Assembly (NCBI RefSeq): GCF_036321535.1
Contig: NC_087437.1
Coordinates: 116,066,001-116,130,000, forward strand
Direction: 5' to 3'
Origin: Camelus dromedarius
Taxonomy: Eukaryota
Length of the DNA stretch: 64,000 bases
Shown here: positions 49,278-62,080 of the stretch, in pieces
Layout of the letters: each line of letters opens with the position of its first letter
Numbering within the stretch: the first letter of the stretch is position 1
The notes under the pieces: generated by a model
What the model was told of the DNA's origin: nothing
Databases searched by the model: none
Seen by the model: only the letters and a program-made list of their open reading frames with translations
Translations under genes and position numbers: made by a program

Positions 49278-50169
49278 TTACTGAGCCATGAACTTCCCGC
49301 CCCTGCACATGCATCTATTGGTGTGGACTCTGTTCTGCCCGTTGTTCTGAATCTCAGTGTCTCTGCCTGGCTTTCCAGGGCTGCCAACAGCTTGTGAGCC
49401 CCCCACCTCCGCATCCCTGGCACACTTTACCATCTCATTTCCTGTTTCCCAAGTCCTCATTGCCCCACTGCTGACCTGGACACACACAGCATCTTTACTC
49501 CTGATACCTTGATTTGTCCAGCATGTGAGGACAGAAGGCTTTGGACCAGCAGAGGCTGGGGATCAGATAATGAGGCAAAAGACTCAGACTTGGCAAACAG
49601 CACAAATGACAAAGGTCACTGACTAGCTCAGTCTGTCGCAGCACAGGTACCAAGGAGAGGGTGGGACCAGTGTACTTTGTAAGCTTTATTCCAGGCACTG
49701 AATCAAACCAAGGGGTGGTGGTAGCACAGGGTGTAAATCTGAAAAATTGAATCTTTACCTAGAGAAAGGGGAAAACACTAGGCACTTGACTGGCAAGTTT
49801 AAAGCTAGTCTCCTTGTATCTCTCCCCAGCTCATAAGGATATTTTAACAATTATGGAAAAAGAAGAATGCTGCGAATCTGTATAGCATTTGAGCTACAGT
49901 GATGACTCTGATCATTGTATATGTATAATGCTGTATGGACCTGTAATGCACCGTTCTCTACCAACTGATTGGCTCCGAAGCGGCTTCTCTGCAGCAGCTG
50001 CCCAGAGGCAGGTGAGCCAGCGTGCATGGTGCATGGCTGTGTGCCTTCAGGGGAGACTGCCTATTTCCAGGGCCCCTAGCACTGTGGCCCTCAGGAAGGC
50101 CAGTTTTGAAATGAAGTTCTCCATATCCCACCCGCCTGATCCCAAGGGGCTGCACTAAATGATTGTTTA

Positions 50170-50395
50170 ATGGTAACAGCTAGTGGTCACTGTGTGCTTC
50201 CTCGGTGCCAGGCGCTGTTCTGCACTAATGCTCAGAACAATCCTTTGGTAGGTGTTCTCTCACTAAACTTATCTGAAAGATAAGGCAGTGGAGTCCCACG
50301 TGTTTATGATTTGCTCACAGCCAGGAAGTAGTAGACTCAGGGTTCTGTTTCATCTAGACTGTCTCTAGGCCCTGCATTCTGAAGCACTGTGCTTT
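50170..50395 (-). mobile_element. MIR
   Basis: GTGCCAGGCGCTGTTCTGCAC...CTCAGAACAATCCTTTGGTAGGTG...GATTTGCTCACAG...AAGTAGTAGACTCAGGG. Confidence 0.55.
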
Positions 50396-52856
50396 TAATG
50401 CCTCATGCATCCTGGGCTGCTTGCAGCTGCACACACAGGGATCCTGGATACACAAAGCCCTGGAAGTTAGGACACCAACACTAGCATGATGATTTGAGGA
50501 ACTGCTGACGTCTGGAAAGGACTATTCAGTCCACTTGAATGATTGAGATTGTGGCCCTACCTTTCCATTTTATTTTGCATGTGTGCACATGTTCTTATGT
50601 AATTTCCAGAAGCTGCAACATCCTGCTGGATATTTAAAGGCTTTAAACAGCAGAACTTTTAGCTTTGCTTTTGCTTATTTAATGACCAAAGGAATGAGGT
50701 AGGTAAGTGAACATAGTGGCTTCTATTACCTGCATTAGGAGTGCTTTTTTAAGGAAGTATTTTCATGTAGCCATATGAAGCCATATAAGACATTTGAAAA
50801 TAGTTTTTTTTTGTTGTTGTTAAATTAAGAGGTATGTTTCACCCCTTATTTGTTTCACTGTATTTGCAATTGAGTTGGCTCAAAATAAAGTGCATTTACT
50901 TGACTAAACGGCCTAGGTCAGTTGCCCTGACAGGTTTTTTTTTTCCTGTTTTTTTGTTAAATCATAATACTAAGTACTAAGTCAGTACTAAGACAGAAAA
51001 GAAGATGCACCGAGTTTTCAGAGATTATATAAGTCCTTGGGCGGGACCTCTTAGACCTCGAGATGGCAAAGTATGTATTTCCTTACTTAGAGCCATGATG
51101 CTATCGTCCTCACCTTTTGTCCTGTGTGCTGGGTGGATATGTTCCAGGGTGAAATAAAAAATGAAGATAAATGCATATTTTAATTTGCGTGTTTATAGTT
51201 CATCTTTTACTGGTAAGAATAATGTACTGAATTCCAATGAATTCAAAACTGCCATCGTGGACTTACTTTATCTGGAGAGGTCTACAGACTCTTTTGAGTT
51301 CTCTTTATTGTAAGATGTTTCACTAGCGCAAGTGGCATCTTCTGTCACATGTTCAGCTTTTTGCAGTTCCTGCTGCTGAGTCAGACGTATCGCTAATGCC
51401 CAGAGTGGGGGCACGGCAAGTTTTAGAGGGCTGTTTTGTGGGTTGGCCTGGCAGGGAGCACTCCCCACATGTCCTGAACAAAAACGGGCAGAACTCAAAG
51501 TATTAGCATATATGCAAATACATACAATTAGAAAAAAATGGACATTAATATAAAATTACAGGGCACCTGCTGCAAGCACAGCCCAGCTCTGCTGCCAGGA
51601 GGGAGAGAGCCAGCTAGACTATCTCTGTGCGTGCTTGAATAAGGAGGGGCTTTCCTCATCAAATGTTCAACTCCTCTTGATTTGTTATAGATTCTGAGCT
51701 GGATGCTAATGAGGAAATCAAACCTTGGATCCTTCTTCCTTAATTTGTAAACTTTATTATTGATAGATTTTAGTTTCTCTATCTTCTCATTTACCCTCAT
51801 GTTCTAATGTTCAAATAGTTCTGCTCTGCCAGACAGAGTTAAAAGATGATGACAGACCAGACCCACAGCATGTCCTGGGCAGAAACTAAACTTCCCTCAA
51901 CGCCTCTTCTCTCCTTAAGAGGAGGCTGCTCAATAACGCAGATGACAAACCCTGGAAAATCTGGCTGGAGCATGTTGTACCACCTCACAGTGCCATTTAC
52001 TATTTCTGTTCTTTGGGGAGACCAGAAGGACTTGGCAGATCAATTAATAATATGGCTTGTTCCCTGCCAGTCAACATCTGTGCATTGTCAGCGATGTCCC
52101 ACACCCCCACCTCCAAAACACACATCTACACCTCTCCACTTGGGCAATTTCTAAGACTTTGGGGAAGTCTACAGGAGTTCTTTATAACACAAAGTGCCTC
52201 GGGCTATATGGGACTGTGGGAAGGTGCAGAGCCCTGGTTCTGGGCTCAGGGAATAGCTCCACCCTCCTTTCCTTACCTCCTCCCCATCGACACCCACACC
52301 ACCCAGCAGTCTTTGCTGTCTGGTGCCTGCCTCAAACCAGCTGGGGAAGGAGACTGTTTGCGGGGGCCGTGGTCATGAGCACTTTGACACTCAGCAATCA
52401 TGAAAGTGACTGGGATTTGTCTTGATCCCTCTGAAATTAGGTTTTGAACCTTCTTCATGCACTCCTTCCCATCAGGCAGAACTATAAATCTGCCTGAAAG
52501 TCTTAATTAAATGACTCCTGAACGACATGTCTGATTTTGTGAGACATACGTCTGTTGGATCACCAGTTCCATTGTTCGAAACACGAGGACTATCAATAGG
52601 AGCCAGGGAACTGACAGCACGTTTTTGCGTAGTTTTTTACGCAACGATGAAGATGAACTGTGTTGGAGCTGAGCTGGTGAATTAACAGAATCTCAAAAAG
52701 GGAAGGATGCATTTGCCCATTGCATTAATCTGTCTCTACTGGCTGGCAGGGGAAAATCAATGTGGCCTCTGGGGAGAGAAGGCACCTCACCAGAAGATCA
52801 ATAGCATGAAAGAAGTAGGACATTTATAGTGAAAATTAACCTATACCCTTAAAAAA

Positions 52857-55800
52857 ACTTTTAATTTTGAGATAGTTTCAGACGTGCAGAATAATAGCAA
52901 AGATAGTAAGGTGTTCTTGCATCCCCTTCATTTAATAGCTCCTAATTTTTTGTTTGTTTATTTTTTTGGAGGGGTAATTAGGTTTAGTTATCTACTTTTT
53001 TTTTTTCCTTGGAGGTACTGGATAATAGCTCCTAATTTAACATCCAGCAAACCACAATACAATGATCACAACTATGAAATTAAAATTTGTTCAATATTGT
53101 TAACTAAGCTGAAGACTTAGGTTTCACCAGTTTTTCCGCCAATGTCCTTTTTCTGTTCCAGATCCAGTCCAGGATGTCATCTTGCATTTATTTGTCATGT
53201 GTCCTTGGTCTCTTCCAATTGGTGACCTTTCCTTGTCTTCCAAGACCTCGACACTTTTGAAGAGTACTGGTCAGCTGTTTTGCAGAATGTCCCTCCAACT
53301 GGGTTTGTTCAATGTTTCCTCATGATTAGATTGAGCTTGTGCATTTTGGGGATGAACACCACTGAGGTAACTGGTCCTTCTTACTGCACCGTGTCAGGGG
53401 TACATGATGTATGTCTGTCTTACTACTAGTGATATTAACCTTGACTACTAGGCTAGGGGGGTGTCAGCCAGGATTCTCCACAGTGAACTTACCATTTTCC
53501 CTTTGTAATTAGTAAGTAGGTAGTATGTGGGAGATGCTTTGAGATTGTGTACATAACCTGTTTCTTAAAATTTTGCTCACTGATACTAGCATCCATGGGT
53601 GGATCTTGACTAAATTTTTTACTGTGTGGCTCCAATGGTGATTTTCTATTTCCCTCATTCTTTCTGTGTTTACTAATTGAAATTTCTCAAGAAGGAAGAG
53701 TTATTTCTTCTCTTTCACTTATTTATTGTTATTTTTTTTAATCAGTATGAACTCAAGTGTTATTTATTTTATTCCTTGGGTTATAATCCAAGACTCTATT
53801 TTGTTGCTCAAATTGTTTCATCGTTGGCCACTGGGAGCTCTTTTAGGCAATAAGCTCCTCCCCCTGTTGTATGCTTCCACCATTTCTTTGGAGCGCATCC
53901 TTACTTTCTGGCTCTGTAAGCATGGAATCAACCACTTCTCCATAAGCCCTGGTTTCTATTATTGTGAAACAGACTTAGGATCCAAAATCTGAGCACTAGA
54001 TGTGCTCTTTGCTACTGTGATGTCATTGCTTCTAGGTCCTTTCCACAGACAGAACCCAGAGATACATGTATTGTACTAATCCGTATATACACACACATCT
54101 GTATTTCTGCTCATCCTTATCTATGCATGTAATTTATAAAAACAGAAGTCCATACTGATACTTCTGAATCCAGCCCAACACCACACGGTTCAGTCTAGCC
54201 CACCTCTTTATTTTAATTCCTTTTTTTCTGAATGTGAGAAATGTGACTTTTATTATCTGCAATATATTTCTTATTTGTTCAGTCCTGGTACATACATAAA
54301 GTGGTCTAAAATTGCTAACTCATATCCCGGAGAAAAACAAATTTATCAAATGAAGGAGAGTGTCACGTGCTGTTCTTTCTGTTTTTAGCCTTTCAGTATC
54401 CGGCCAAAACAGATTTCCGAAAGATACACGCAGGTCAGCTCTTTTCTTCCCCACAATCACCATCACGTGATTCACCTGTAACACTGCCAGGTTCACTTAT
54501 CACAGTCTGCATTCCCTCTTGAGTCTCCCCTCCACCTAACATGCTTGTTAGTTTCTAAAATGTAATTTATAGACAGCAAATTCACTCTTTGTGTTTTAAG
54601 AACTTTTGACAAATGAGTAATTTGTCACAGTTCCTTAGAAAACAATTTCATTCCCCACCTCCCAAATTCCCTCCTAATTTCCATTTATAGTCAGCCCTCA
54701 CCAGCATCACCCAGCCCCTGGCAACCACTGACCTGCTTTGCCTCTTTATAGCTGGGCTATGATGTCATGTAAATAGAATTTATACAGTGTGCGGCTTTGG
54801 GGCTGGACTTGGTTCACAGGGCAAAATGCATTCAAGAACCATCTGTGTTGTTGTGTAAATGGCAAATTTGTTCCTATTTATTCCTGAGTAGTATTCCATT
54901 GTATGGGCGCACCACCATCTATCCATTCACTCCTGGAGGTCACATGGGCTATTTCCAGCTTTTGGAAATGATGAATAAAGCATCTATAAAAATTCACAAT
55001 CAGGTCTTTATGCGAACATAAATTTTCCTTTTCTTGGGTACTAGGGAAAGGATTGCTGAGTCATATAGTAGGTATATATCTAACACTGTAAGAAAGTGCT
55101 CAACTGTTTACCAAAGCAGTTTACCATTTTGCATTCTCACCAGCAAACTAGCAATGTGTGGGAGTTCCAGCCACTCTGCATTCTTGCTGGCATAAGACGT
55201 TATCAAGGTTTTTGGTTTTAGCCATTCTAAGAGGTGGGTCGTGTTATTACATTGTGGTGTAACTTACATTTCCCTAACGACTGATGATGTTAATCATTTT
55301 TAAAATGTTTATATGCCATCATTGGTGACATACCTGTTTGGATCATTTGCTCATTTTTTAAAAAAAACTAGGTTGGTTATTTTCTTAATTTTTGAATTCT
55401 GAGGGTTCATTATTCTGTACATGAGTCCTGTATCAGAAATGCAATTTTCAAATATTTTCTTTCAGTTTGTAGCTTGTCTTTTCAGTGTCTTAAGTGTGTC
55501 GTTTTCAGAGCACAAGTTTTTAAATTTGATAAAGTCCAATTTATTATTGTTTTTCTTTATATATTGTGGTTTGGTGTTCTAATTAAAAACTCTGCCTGAC
55601 CACAGGTCATGAAGATTTGCTCCTAAGTTTTCTTTTGGAAATTTTAATTTAAATAAGTCTACTATCCACTTTGGGCCATTATACTTTTTTTTTTTTTTGT
55701 ATAAAGTATGAGGTATAGTTCAATATTTTTTTTTCTCTTGTGGCTGTCCCATAATTCCAGCACCATTTGCTGAAAAAAATACCCTTCCTACGTTGGATGC

Positions 55801-56830
55801 TTTTGAGCCCTTATTCAAAATCAGTTGGCTGCTTGGTTTTGGGGACTATTTATGGACTCTCAGTTCTGTTCCATCGATCTATATGTCTGGCTTTTTGTCA
55901 GTATTAAGGTGTCTTAATTACTGTAGATTTATAGTCAGTCTTGAAACTGAGTGGTATGAGTCCTCCAATTATGCTATTCTTTTCCAAAATTGTTTTGACT
56001 ATTCTATTTTCTTCATTTTTGCCTATATATTTTACAATCAGATTTTCAATAGCTACCAAAAAATCCTTCTTGGATTTTAATTAGGGTTGTATTAAATTTA
56101 TAGATCAAATTAAGAAGAACTTATATGTTAACAATATTGTCTTCTAAATCTTGACCACAGTATATTTTTCTATTTATTTAGATCTTCTATGATTTTTTTA
56201 ATCATAGCTTTGTAGTTTTCAGTACACAGATCCTGTACATACTTTTATAGATTTCTAATTTTTAAAAAACTTTGTGAATTCCAGTGGTTTAATACGATTA
56301 AATAAAAATTGACATTTATATGTTGACTTTGTATCCTGTGACCTGGATTAATTCACCTACTAGATCCACAACCCTGCCTTTTTTTCCCCTGGTAGATTCT
56401 TTGGTATTTTCTATGCAGACCATACTGTCTGTGAATAGAGACAGAGTTTTAGTTTCCTTTCCAATCTGTGTGTTTTCTATTGTATGGACTAGGAATTCAG
56501 TGTAGTGTTGAACAGAAGTGGTAAAAGAAGATAACCTTGCCGTATTGACGACTGGGGGGGGAAGCATTCAATGTTTACTATTAAGCACTTTGATACTTAA
56601 TTCTTTAGATATCCTTTACTAGTTAAAACTAGGTTCCCAGGTTGCTAAACAATTTTATCATGAATGAATCTTGACTTTTGTCAAATGTTTTTCTGCATAT
56701 ATTGAGAGTATCATTTTTTTTTCTTTTGAGTCTTTTAATCTGTGAATCACATTGATTGATTTTTGAATATTAAACCATCCTTTTAGTCTTTGGAATAAAT
56801 CCCATTTGGGTCATGATGTTTTCAGTGTAT
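52857..56830 (-). mobile_element. Large old L1 (L1MC4/L1MD-type long 3' UTR plus decayed ORF2), about 4 kb
   Basis: 3' UTR hallmarks (ACTTTTGAAGAGTACTGGTCAG, CAGAATGTCCCTCCAACTGGGTTTG) at 53250-53500; reverse ORF2 hallmarks (TTCCAGCACCATTTGCTGAAAA, TAAATTTATAGATCAA, GGGGAAGCATTCA, TGAATCACATTGATTGATTTT) at 55000-56830. Confidence 0.85.
52949..53022 (-). mobile_element. 5'-truncated Vic-1-type SINE inserted in the old L1
   Basis: GGAGGGGTAATTAGGTTTA...GGAGGTACTGG matches the 3' half of the 19545-19688 SINE; perfect 16-bp TSD TAATAGCTCCTAATTT (52933-48, 53023-38). Confidence 0.9.
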
Positions 56831-57084
56831 TATTTAGTGGGAAAAAAAATTGGTGAAATAGATTCAGTGTTGGTAGTAAAATCTCTATGTCCTGGTAGAA
56901 ACTGAAGACAGGGCCACAGTACTGCTGGGAGTCAAACTTTTCTGCCCTGGGAGCCACACAGAGCAGGGTGGCTGGAAGCAGGGGTTTCTAGAACAGAGAA
57001 AGGCAAGGTGCTGCACTGCACCCCTTCCTGCCTGGCAGGACGTATCTGAAACTCTGCCCCTCTCACCTGACCTCATTCACCTAC

Positions 57085-57650
57085 TGTGGGAGGCAGAATT
57101 CTCAAGCTGTCTCCCCATGATGCCATCCACTGCTTAGCTAATCAAATACTAACCTGTGCCGTGAAGGGTTATTGCATATGGAATGAAGGAAGCTAATCTG
57201 CTAACCTTAAAATATAATGGTTATTTATGAATTATCCAAGTGGGCCCAATGTAATCATGTGAGCCCTTAAATGCAAAAAGGAAGGCAGAGAGAGGCGGCA
57301 GAAGGGGAAGCTGGGGCAATTCGAAGCATGAGAAGGCTTGTTCCATCACTGCTCATTTTGAAAGCGGAGGAAGAGAGCCACACAGCAGGGAGCACGGTGG
57401 CCTCTAGGAGCTGGGAGTGGAGCCCGCAAGGAAACGGCAGCCTCAGTCCTACAACCCATGGAACTTACCCTCCAGAAAGGAACACAGTCCTGCTGAAACC
57501 TTGGTTCAACCTACGAGACCTGGAGCAGAAAACTAGCTAAGCCAAGCAGCGCCTGGACGTGTGACTTACAGAGCTGCAGCGTAATAAAGGGTTTTATTTT
57601 AAGGTGCTAGCTTTGTGGCACTTTGTTACAGAAGCGAAGGAAAGGAATGC
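57085..57650 (+). mobile_element. MaLR solo LTR (MLT1D/E-like)
   Basis: TGTGGGAGGCAGAATTCT...AATTATCCAAGTGGGCCCAATGTAATCA...GGTGGCCTCTAGGAGCTG...CCTCAGTCCTACAACC...TTTGTGGCACTTTGTTACAG. Confidence 0.85.
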
Positions 57651-57799
57651 TTTCACTCACCACACAGATACTGAAGACCTGTGTCAGGGACTGCAAGGTG
57701 CTGAAGACGCGGATGAGAAAGTCAAGCTCTTTCTCCAAGAAGCTCACAAACTAGAGAGAAATTCTAGCTCCAAACAAAAAGTATTTTTCATATATACTA

Positions 57800-57940
57800 T
57801 AGGGGAAAATTCTCCTGGTTGCAAAGAACAGAAAGCAATTCTGGCCAACTTGAAGCAAAAAAAAGAGAGAGAGAGAGAGAGAGAAAGAGAGAGGCAGAGA
57901 GAGACAGAGGCAGAGAGAGAGGACAGAAAGAAGGAGAAAG
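57800..57940 (-). mobile_element. Old MLT1 (K/L-like) terminal fragment with (GA)n tract at 57864-57940
   Basis: CTCCTGGTTGCAAAGAACAGAAAGCAATTCTGGCCAACTTGAAGCAAAAA followed by a GA microsatellite. Confidence 0.55.
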
Positions 57941-59083
57941 AACATATGCTTTCAATTTGGGAAGGAAGATACTGGAGGATTCTAGAAAATTAAGGAAATT
58001 TTGAAAGTATCAGATTTGGGGACAGAAGGACCAGCGCAGTCCTAGGACCTTCAGTACTAGAAGTTTGTAGAATTTTTGCTGTCACTGTGACTCTGAATCT
58101 CTCTTTCAAATTATAAGGGAGAAAAAGCGTGCTGCTCTGCTTATACGGCCAGTGTCCCAGCCCCAAATGTCACAGACTCACCGCCCTGAAAGTCGAAAGT
58201 GGGAACAAAACTAAACACAAACTACAGGTGGAGCCAAGGATATTTGAGACCAAACAGAAAAAGAGGTTTTCATTTTCTCTTATGCCTTAAAAGTCTGGAC
58301 ATCGTGAAATGGCAGGGTTGTGTGTACTGATTATATTTTGACAAAGCTTTTGGAGGCCTGAACGAGTCTTACAAACTTGGTGCCCTCCTGTGCCTCTCCC
58401 CGTCTGCCCTTGCTTCATAGCACTGCTGAGTGCTCACCGGGCCCTGGATTTTTTGAAAATTAGGATTGATAACGGTCACAGCCCCTTCCCCACCCCTCTG
58501 TCTTCCCTCCTCCCTCCCTTCCAACCTCCCTGCACACGTCATTTAAGCAGAATCTTTCTATTTATGTATCCAAGCTTGCTTTGTCGGATCATTCTGCTCA
58601 GTGCTCATTATCATTTCTGAGGGGTTGCATCAGGCAAAGGCGTCCTCGTTCTCCAAGCAAGGAAGCCCCCACCAGACAGTTGTCAAGGCAACAGAAAATG
58701 CACACTGTGAACTACCAAGAAAGGGCCGTCTGTATAATGTTGAAGCACAAACTTAATTTGGGGGCTTGGCGAAAAGATCTCTTTTATGGCTAATTATAAA
58801 ATGTACCCAACATTATTAGACTGGGTGATAGATGATTGTCTGCTAAATGTGACATGAAAAATTAAGGCAGTTTTCAAAGTGGAGGAACCTAAATTAAATG
58901 TGCCTCAAGGATCAATTGCTTATTTTTGTCATCCTGCATAGCCCGAGCAGAACAGCTTTGTGTGTGTGTGTAGGAGCTACCAAATTCATAGTTATTTGAA
59001 TCACATCATACTTTTTGTTCCAAATGTATTCAAAAGAAGGCAGGAGGTACCCCACTCATATTTTGATACTTAGGGAGACCTAG

Positions 59084-59480
59084 TTTTTTATTTTTTACTT
59101 TAAATATAGTTGATTTCCAATGTTGTGTTAGTTTCTGGTATACAGTAGAGTGATTCAGTTATACATATATACATACATATATATTCTTTTTCATTATAAG
59201 TTATTACAGGCCATTGAATACAGTTCCCTGTGCTATGCAGTAGGACCTTGTTTATCTGTTTTGTACATAGTAGTTTGCATCTGCTAATTCCAAACTCCTA
59301 ATTTGTGCCTCTCTTCCCTTCTGCCTTTGGTAAACGTAAGTTTGTTTTCTATGTCTCTGAGCCTGTTTCTGTTTTGTAAATAAGTTCATTTGTGTCATTG
59401 TTTTAGATTCCACCTATAAGTGATATCCTATGATATTTGTCTTTGTCTGACTTGTTTCACTTAGTATGATCATCTCTAGG
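59084..59480 (-). mobile_element. 5'-truncated L1 3' end (cetartiodactyl type)
   Basis: ATAGTTGATTTCCAATGTTGTGTTAGTTTCTGG...TACAGTTCCCTGTGCTATGCAGTAGGACCTTG...TTCACTTAGTATGATCATCTCTAGG; probable TSD AGGGAGACCT (59072-81) / AGGGAGACTT (59486-95). Confidence 0.9.
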
Positions 59481-62080
59481 TGAGGAGGGAGACTTCAGAT
59501 TAAATCCCTGTTGATTAGCATTGTTTTAAATTAAATTACTCCCAGCAGGTGAGATTATAGAATCAGATTGCACATGCTAATTTTAGACGGTTAACTGATA
59601 ATATGTCCCCACTTGATTTTTTTTTTTTTTTTTTTGCCTGCCAATATTCTCTTCCCACATACTTGTTTGCCAACAAACTCCAAATAAATGCCAGCACGTT
59701 AATTTGATAAAAGATGCAGTGATCAGGACTGAAGATGTCAGGGTAAAACCACTGATCTTATAATCCACCATTTTAAGAAACGTGTTCTTTTGAAAACAGA
59801 ATGTTTAACTCTGATATTATATGAACAGCTGATCCAAAGCCTGGTGGCCAGTCTGAGAATCAGTGGGAGTTCAACGAGTATAGCTGTGGAATAATCTGAT
59901 AGAAGTGTTCATTTTTCTTTCTTGGGTGAGCCCCCAATCTTTGTAAACGAGGTAAACTTGCATGTAGGGGGAACTTGGTTCAGTATTTTTCCCTGAGCTT
60001 TCACCCTGGGGAAAGGAGAATTGAACTTCTAGCCATTAGAAGAAGAAATTAGATTTGCCTGAGGGAGAGGTCAGATCCTCCACTCCTGGAGACTCAACTG
60101 ACTGACCGTGAAATTGAATAGTCTTCGCAGTCCTCGCTCAGATACAGAAGGCTATTGAGGCTGATCTCCTAGAAGATGAAAATGTCATGGAAGCGAGTTA
60201 TGCTTCAGCCTTTAACGTACATCGTATTCACTTATACCTGTGAAAGCAGTGTGTCCCCCTTTAGCCCGAAGACCTCTGGGATTGCATTGTAACACTGGGT
60301 GCATCTCTCCAGTCAAGGGGACGGGGAGAAGTAATTACCTGGTAAACAGGCATGTCAACCAGGCTTGTTTGGAAAACTTACAACAACAAGTCAGCTTCTT
60401 GTTTCCTCCATAGCCTTTGGGGATCTTATTATTTTTCTTTATAGCATTTCCACATGTGTTTAAAATGTTCCTAAATGGGGGGGTGTTCAGGATATTAAAA
60501 CTAGAGCATCTTGATGGACTGAGTATAATGAACTCTTAACTTCAGTTCCTTTGCTATTTCATCTCTACCGCCGGAGTGGAGGTGGTGGGAAACTGTCAAA
60601 GGGAAGAAGAGCCCCAAATAAGAAACCGCACTGAAGTGAAATGGCTGAAAACTGCTTCCAAGTAACCAGCTTTCTGAAACTGTGTAAAATGGAGGAATAG
60701 ATTGACAGCGTTCATCAGTTTCTTAAATGGGTCCCCAAAAGATTAATGATGAACGCAACCCAAGAGTTTGTAAAATACACAAATGGAATATAGAACACCA
60801 CCAAAACGCACATTTTAAAGGTGGGTCTGTCTGCAGGGTGTCAAACAGGTCTAATGCAGGGAGTAAAAGAGGAGGAAAGAAGGTCCAGGCAGACCTGAAG
60901 CCCCCCATCCTCGAGGCTGAGTGTCCAGTAGAGCTGTCCCTCACCCTTTCCCCAATGTCTACTTTCACATATTATTGTGAGAATCAAATAACATGAATAG
61001 AGAGATTGTAAACTCTAAAAAATGCTCTGCAAACGCTTAGTTACCATTTAGAAAATGAGATTTGGCAACACAGTTTAATGCCACTTAAACGTTTATCTGT
61101 TCTTACCCATCACCACTGGAAATATCTGTGACATTCAAAATGCCCATTGATGCTACAGTTCACTAATCCTTTTGCTAATAAGTTAGCAAGGAAGGCTAAC
61201 ACATCTCAGACACTGTGATCTGCTGTCAGTACACACCGACATTCTCCTCCTAATTCAGGGCTGGATAGGATGCCCTCCGAGACGCCACTGATGGATGGTT
61301 GAGTGACTCAGAAGCAGCATAAGAACCTAATCCGGCAGTGCTGTTAAAGTGATGCAGTCAGTTAGAAATAACATTCAATTTCCATGCAGCTTAAATGATG
61401 TCGACTTAGCTGCAGTGTGGTGGCATGCTAATGTCTCTACATGGCTGTGATCGGACTAACCAGGAAAGAAGTCCTCTGTGCAGAGAGCACATAGTAAAGT
61501 AAAAATAATAGGATATATCAGATTTGTTTTGGAAAAAGTCAAAATATTCTATAAATTCAAAGAAATTTTCTGTCACCTTTGTAGCTGATTTGGGAAATCT
61601 GAGCACATAATATGTAGCTTGGATTCCTATTTGAGGTAAAATGCAGTCAGATTCCAAGAATTGGGTTTTGAGCCATAGAACTAACAGAATTGATGGATCA
61701 CATTTGAAGAGATGTTGATGGAAGTGGATTCCATTTAGATTTCTGAGATGAGGAATAAGAAAAAACCCTCTGCTAAAAGTATGGAAAATAGCCAGGGATG
61801 ATTTAACTTTAAGCAAATTATCCATCAAAGATTACTAAACACATTTTTAAGGGCAGCTTTTAAAAGCATCCTGGAAAGGAACATAAAAGGATTTCTTTCT
61901 TAAATAAGTCATTGAAGAAATAGATTTGGTTAGTGATGTCAAATAAGCAGATGAAACTGAAGTGTAAGAATGATTGAAGCTAAAACTACCACTTTCGTGT
62001 TGTGAAGATTAAATGAGGAGTGTTCTAATGACAAAGGAAACAAACAAGAAGTAAAGCAAAATAAAAAACCAACATGGGGT

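Noticed and set aside
60138..60220. Protein-like stretch QIQKAIEADLLEDENVMEASYASAFNV
   Set aside because: Short, unrecognised, and without a convincing splice donor.
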